The notes below the pieces were generated by a model. It did not search any database. It was not told the origin of the DNA and worked only from the letters and a program-made list of their open reading frames with translations. Below are positions 59,621 through 64,000 of a stretch of 64,000 nt of DNA, piece after piece. A program made the position numbers and the translations under genes. This DNA comes from Plasmodiophora brassicae. Its lineage: Eukaryota. The stretch covers positions 930,001 to 994,000 of the forward strand of contig CP145409.1 in assembly GCA_036867785.1 (NCBI GenBank), in the 5' to 3' direction. How positions within the stretch are numbered: position 1 is the first letter of the stretch; each line of letters opens with the position of its first letter.

Positions 59621-60787
59621 ATGTCGCCGCCTGGAGCAGGGCGTTGCCAGGAGTGGCTTGCCAGGAAGAACCGCTGCTGTGGTCAGGCGGTCGTGGCTGG
59701 CGGCGGCGACCGGTGCGTGTTTCATGCGCCGTCCGTAGGCGATGGTGCGGGCCGCGTTCAATGCGGGCCGTGCAGGACGTGGATGTCGGCGGAGTCCTTC
59801 CGGCGACACTCACGCGGGCACTGCCCGTTCATGAAAGTCGAACAGAAGATCAGGTCGGGTGGGGTTCCGGATTCACTGTCGGTCGTTTACTTAACAACGC
59901 GGGACAGATGTCAACCATATTATCAGGAAAACTGCAACTGTGCAGTGCGATCGTGTGGTGCTGAAACCGATGCGGCACCTTCCGACGGTGTTAGCGATGA
60001 ACGTCTGCTGGAGATCTATCAAGCTGTCGTTGACCCGGATGACGACGTCGAGTCGAAGGATTACTTCGAGTTAGGCGAAGGGGCGATAACGCCATCGGTC
60101 AAACACGGTGCACAGCATCGTGCGATTCTGTCCCACGTCGGAACGGAACCGTTCGCCTCCGTCGTCGAGATGGGCGCCGGCAAGGCGGATTTACTCGAAG
60201 CGATCCTGTCCAGTCGGCAACGCGGATCTCGCGACGCAATCTCTGGTGTTGCTATAGATATGTCGACGTTCCATCACTCGGCCGATCCCAGACTGAGACG
60301 GCTGTGCCAGTACAGACGAGTCACGATCAATCTGCGGGATCTTGCCCTGAAAGCGATAAACCTGCCAACACCGGCGTGTGCCGTCAGCAAGCATCTCTGT
60401 GGCGTTGGTCTCGATTTCGCGTTCAGAGCAATCGTTAACGCCGGAAGTGGCATCGTGGCACTCCTGGCCATGGCTCCATGCTGTTACCACAAGTGTACCT
60501 GGCGGGAGTTGACTGGGCGTGACCTCCTTGAAGATCACGGTGTCAAGCCGCACGAGTTCGCCGAGATATGCCGCCGAGCATCATGGTCCACTCAGCTCGA
60601 TGCCGACGTTATGGACGAACGCAAGTTCAACGTCGGTCGATCCTGCAAACGTATCATTGACGCATGTCGGTTGTCGTACTTGAGAAGGAACGGGTTCCCT
60701 GACGCCCGCCTCGTGGCCTATGTGGACTCACGTATCACCACCGAGAACATGCTCATCATTGCGAAGCGCTCGCCCATCTCGAAGTAA
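59621..60787 (+). CDS. TRM13: tRNA:m4X 2'-O-methyltransferase
   Basis: RCQEWLARKNRCC..CVFH zinc finger, EMGAGKA, SKHLCGVGLD, APCCYHKC, YVDSRITTENMLII. Confidence 0.9.
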   Translation: MSPPGAGRCQEWLARKNRCCGQAVVAGGGDRCVFHAPSVGDGAGRVQCGPCRTWMSAESFRRHSRGHCPFMKVEQKIRSGGVPDSLSVVYLTTRDRCQPYYQENCNCAVRSCGAETDAAPSDGVSDERLLEIYQAVVDPDDDVESKDYFELGEGAITPSVKHGAQHRAILSHVGTEPFASVVEMGAGKADLLEAILSSRQRGSRDAISGVAIDMSTFHHSADPRLRRLCQYRRVTINLRDLALKAINLPTPACAVSKHLCGVGLDFAFRAIVNAGSGIVALLAMAPCCYHKCTWRELTGRDLLEDHGVKPHEFAEICRRASWSTQLDADVMDERKFNVGRSCKRIIDACRLSYLRRNGFPDARLVAYVDSRITTENMLIIAKRSPISK

Positions 60788-60947
60788 ATGGACATACGTT
60801 ATGCCATCGGGTCATCATCTCGTTGTTTGCCTTAGCCGTGATTAATGTCGGCATTAGTGCTATCGGCCGGAACCTCCCAGCAACAGTTACCGTCAGGCTG
60901 GCAGCATCGATATCGAGCGGCAATATCTATTCGGCCTGCAATAGGCG

Positions 60948-62171
60948 ATGGTGAAGCCGACGTTATACAGCGGGTTGCTTCGACAGGATAGCCAGTCTGG
61001 CCCGCTGGTGGACACGGATGCGGGACCTGTGACCCCGGATCTCGTCTCTGTGGTGGCCGCTGATGATATTGCAGCGGCAACGGCCCTGGTCCAGTCAGGC
61101 GGCGTTGACAACGACACCCTTGATGAGGCCCTGGGAGTTGCCTGCGCCCAGGGATCACTTCCGCTAATCGAGCTGTTGATCAGGGCCGGGGCAGACCCGG
61201 GCGGTTCCAATCAAGAACCATTGCTTCTCGCTGCCGGGCGCGGTCACCTGGACGTCGTCGATCGCCTCCTGCGACTGCCAAACGTAACTCCATCGACGAA
61301 TGACTGGTTGCCTTTGCAACGTGCTACCTGCCGAGGTCACCTCCGGGTCATCGACCGTCTCCTCCAGGCTTACACGGAAGGTCGACCTGATCAGCTGATT
61401 GCCGACCTGCGGCTACTACGACTAGCGGCGTCTGCCGGCCATCGGGACACTGTCCAGTATTTCCTGCCGCGTGCTGGTGACGTGCATGTTCGTGAGGCTC
61501 TCACCATTGCGGCATCTTCTGGTCATGTTGCCATCGTGGAGATGCTGACGTCGAATGCCTCTGGGAAGGTGCTCGGGGAGGCCTTGGCAGCTGCTGCCCA
61601 ATGCGGGCATGCCAAAGTGGTCAAGTTCCTGCTGGACGTTGCCGACCCAACCTGGAGTCGGCAGTACGCGCTACGGTGGGCGTCCGGCGAAGGCCATCGC
61701 GACATCGTCGAGCTTCTGTTGGCGGATCCTCGGGTCGATCCATCCGCTGACGATAACCATTGCCTTCGATGGGCTGTCAGACGACGGCAGCTGTGGCCGG
61801 TTCAACGTCTCTGCAGTGACGATCGCGTGCTGCGGTCTATTAAGTCGTCAGGAGGTGTCCGTGCATTCTGCAACCGGCTTGCGTCGACGGAGGAAACGGA
61901 GCTGATTCTGTCGACATGGGACAACCTTCGGGAATCGAGGTCACGCGCTCTTCGCACGGCGATGGTGTTGAACGTGTCAAAGGTCCCCGTTGCAGAGTTG
62001 GTCACCATCATGCTCTTCGCGGATGACTTTGCGGGCACGTCGGACAGAGTCAAGCTCGCCGATCTGTGCAGAACATTACGACGCGTTCGGCAGGCGCGGC
62101 CGCCATCGCCGACAGCAACGGCACAGCTTATAGCTGGACCAACCACGAGTGGTCAAAGCATAACTAACTGA
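60948..62171 (+). CDS. Ankyrin-repeat protein
   Basis: Repeated A...GH..VV..LL motifs and DPRVDPSADDN. Confidence 0.85.
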   Translation: MVKPTLYSGLLRQDSQSGPLVDTDAGPVTPDLVSVVAADDIAAATALVQSGGVDNDTLDEALGVACAQGSLPLIELLIRAGADPGGSNQEPLLLAAGRGHLDVVDRLLRLPNVTPSTNDWLPLQRATCRGHLRVIDRLLQAYTEGRPDQLIADLRLLRLAASAGHRDTVQYFLPRAGDVHVREALTIAASSGHVAIVEMLTSNASGKVLGEALAAAAQCGHAKVVKFLLDVADPTWSRQYALRWASGEGHRDIVELLLADPRVDPSADDNHCLRWAVRRRQLWPVQRLCSDDRVLRSIKSSGGVRAFCNRLASTEETELILSTWDNLRESRSRALRTAMVLNVSKVPVAELVTIMLFADDFAGTSDRVKLADLCRTLRRVRQARPPSPTATAQLIAGPTTSGQSITN

Positions 62172-62412
62172 TACAAACTCCCCAAACCCCTCACCCCATG
62201 CCGGTGATCAGCTCTTTCGTACGTCCAACCACGTCGGCGCTAGTGCCATTAGCAACCCAGCCAGTAGGCGCCCTGTTCCTCGCTGGCTTGCCGGGATAGT
62301 ATCAAAACCGGCGGAGTGGGTCGTTCGTGGCTGATTGATGGGCGGGCGCAGATGGGCTGCGACTACGGGGTTTATCGTGTCGCGGAAAGCGTGACGGTTC
62401 CGATTCGAGCGA

Positions 62413-63752
62413 ATGGTCTCGATCGTCATTGTTATTGGGCAGTCGGCGACGATCCTGGCCGGCGTCTGTGCAGCCATCGCCACGGTCCTAACGTTTAGCC
62501 AGGTCAGAGATCATATCCGGTTCAATCAGAGGCTGGACCTGCGCAAGCATGTCAATCGAATCCTGCTTATGTGCCCGGGTAAGGGCACGCCCGTGTCAGC
62601 AAGAACGTTCACTGTTGACGGCAGCTCGTTGTGATATTTCCTTAGTCTATGCTTGGACGTCGTTTCTTTCAACGGTTCTAGGTGGTTCTATATATTGGGA
62701 CACTGCTCGCGACTGCTATGTAATATCGATGACGTCGTTTGCATTTGCGTTTGCTCCTGACGATTGTTACAGGAAGCTTTCGTAATATATTCATTCTTCA
62801 AGTTCATGTCCTCCGTCCTACAAGGAGAATCGGCCATGATTGTAACACTTCGATCCAAGCCACAGCAGGAACACTTCTTTCCTTTCTCAGTAGGCGTGAT
62901 TGGGTATGCGGTCAACCCGTTTCTGACTGTCGTTGCGTCAGTTGCTTCCGCGCTGGAAGATGGGCAAACCATTTTATTACAAAGTCCAATGGGGCATTCT
63001 GCAGTATGTCGCCGTCAAACCAATGATGGCTGTTGTCGCGTTGTTCCTTGGCGCGTTGGGGGTCTATCATGAGGGCGCCGTCGCTTTCAACGCCGGGTAT
63101 TTCTACGTCACCTTCGTAGTCAACGCCAGCCAAATTTGGGTATTTCGCTCACTGCCTACATGAGGGTAATGCCAACTGACGTATCGTAGGCGATGTACTG
63201 CCTGATTATAATGTACCTCGCTTTCAGGTCAGATCTGTCCCATGTCCGCCCCGTGCCGAAAATGCTGTGCATCAAGGGTCTCATCTTCTTCACGTTCTGG
63301 CAAAGCGTTTCGATCGCGCTATTTGTTAGCTGGGGATTCCTCATCGGCAGCCACGATGAAATCGCGCGTCTCGAGGACCTTGTCGTGTGCGTCGAAATGG
63401 TCGCGTTCGCAATTGCACACAGATACGCCTTCCCATCGTCCGACTTTTCAGACGGGTCTTCCGTCGACGGGCCCCACATCACAACACCTATGTTCAGGTC
63501 GCTTCTGACGGCTGCGGACGTTAGCGACGGTTTGTCAACGGCTCGCGATCGTTGCACACACACATAGGGCTGAACCCGGTCGCAGTTATCGAAGACCTTC
63601 GGCAAGGAATCGTCCCAGTCAGTGGCCGGGTCACTCCCGACGAAACCGTCATGATCACAACGTCGGCAACGACGTTCATCGCCCACGACCCCTACAGACC
63701 GCCGTCGTCCCGTTCCGCGTCCGTCAACCGCTCCTCAGGCGCCAGTGTGTAA
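62413..63752 (+). CDS. TMEM184: TMEM184/OST-alpha family membrane protein
   Basis: RILLMCP/VYA, ARDCY/EAFVIYSFF, GILQYVAVKP, AMYCL, KMLCIKGLIFFTFWQ, CVEMVAFAIAHRYAF. Confidence 0.9.
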
Positions 63753-64000
63753 ATCTGAACTTTGTGGCAAACTTGTATTGCGGACAGTCTCCTCGGCACA
63801 GTGCAGTTTCGCGTCAGAGCACGGTGCCAGCCGTCGTGCAGTGCGGCCAGATGCGCCCGTGGCGTAGAGATGCAGTTCTCAAGTCGGGCGGGGCACTGGT
63901 GCTGCAGGTCGGCGATGTCGGGAGCGTCATCGGCGACGGGAGACGTCGTGGCGAAGGATGTGCCTGCGCAGGCCGACGTGGGTGGGGGCGATCCCGTGCA

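Noticed and set aside
59262-59738. TATAAATA followed by ORF MDFKAP...
   Set aside because: The TATA lies immediately before the ATG, and the ORF overlaps TRM13 out of frame with no motifs.

Overview
Gene-dense, GC-rich eukaryotic (protist) genomic DNA with many short (~40-60 nt) GT-AG introns. The style is consistent with a phytomyxean such as Plasmodiophora, but that is inference. About 35 protein genes can be supported. Most are housekeeping: RPS4, TAF11, AGA, GNA1, EMC1, a DHAPAT/GPAT, HSP70, RPF1, a GH3 glucosidase, ERO1, CFAP119, an SSS and an MFS transporter, an ATAD2-like ATPase, a USP, a PRMT, TRM13 and TMEM184. There is also one tRNA-Asn gene. The unusual parts are: (1) a local family of bacterial-type YbjN/T3SS-chaperone-fold genes, a tandem pair at 56.1-57.2 kb plus a decayed third copy at 50.5-51.1 kb; (2) three interlocking inverted repeats with DDE_Tnp_4 transposase relics between the tRNA and HSP70; (3) an LSD1-like amine oxidase fused in-frame to an extended PHD finger; (4) a polycationic TTRRP/TTRKP membrane mucin; (5) a PD-(D/E)XK nuclease resembling giant-virus Cas4-like proteins; (6) a GlnA4-like gamma-glutamyl ligase with a presequence; (7) heat-shock elements with non-canonical spacing. 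Coordinates of spliced genes were read by eye and are approximate. No database searches were run.
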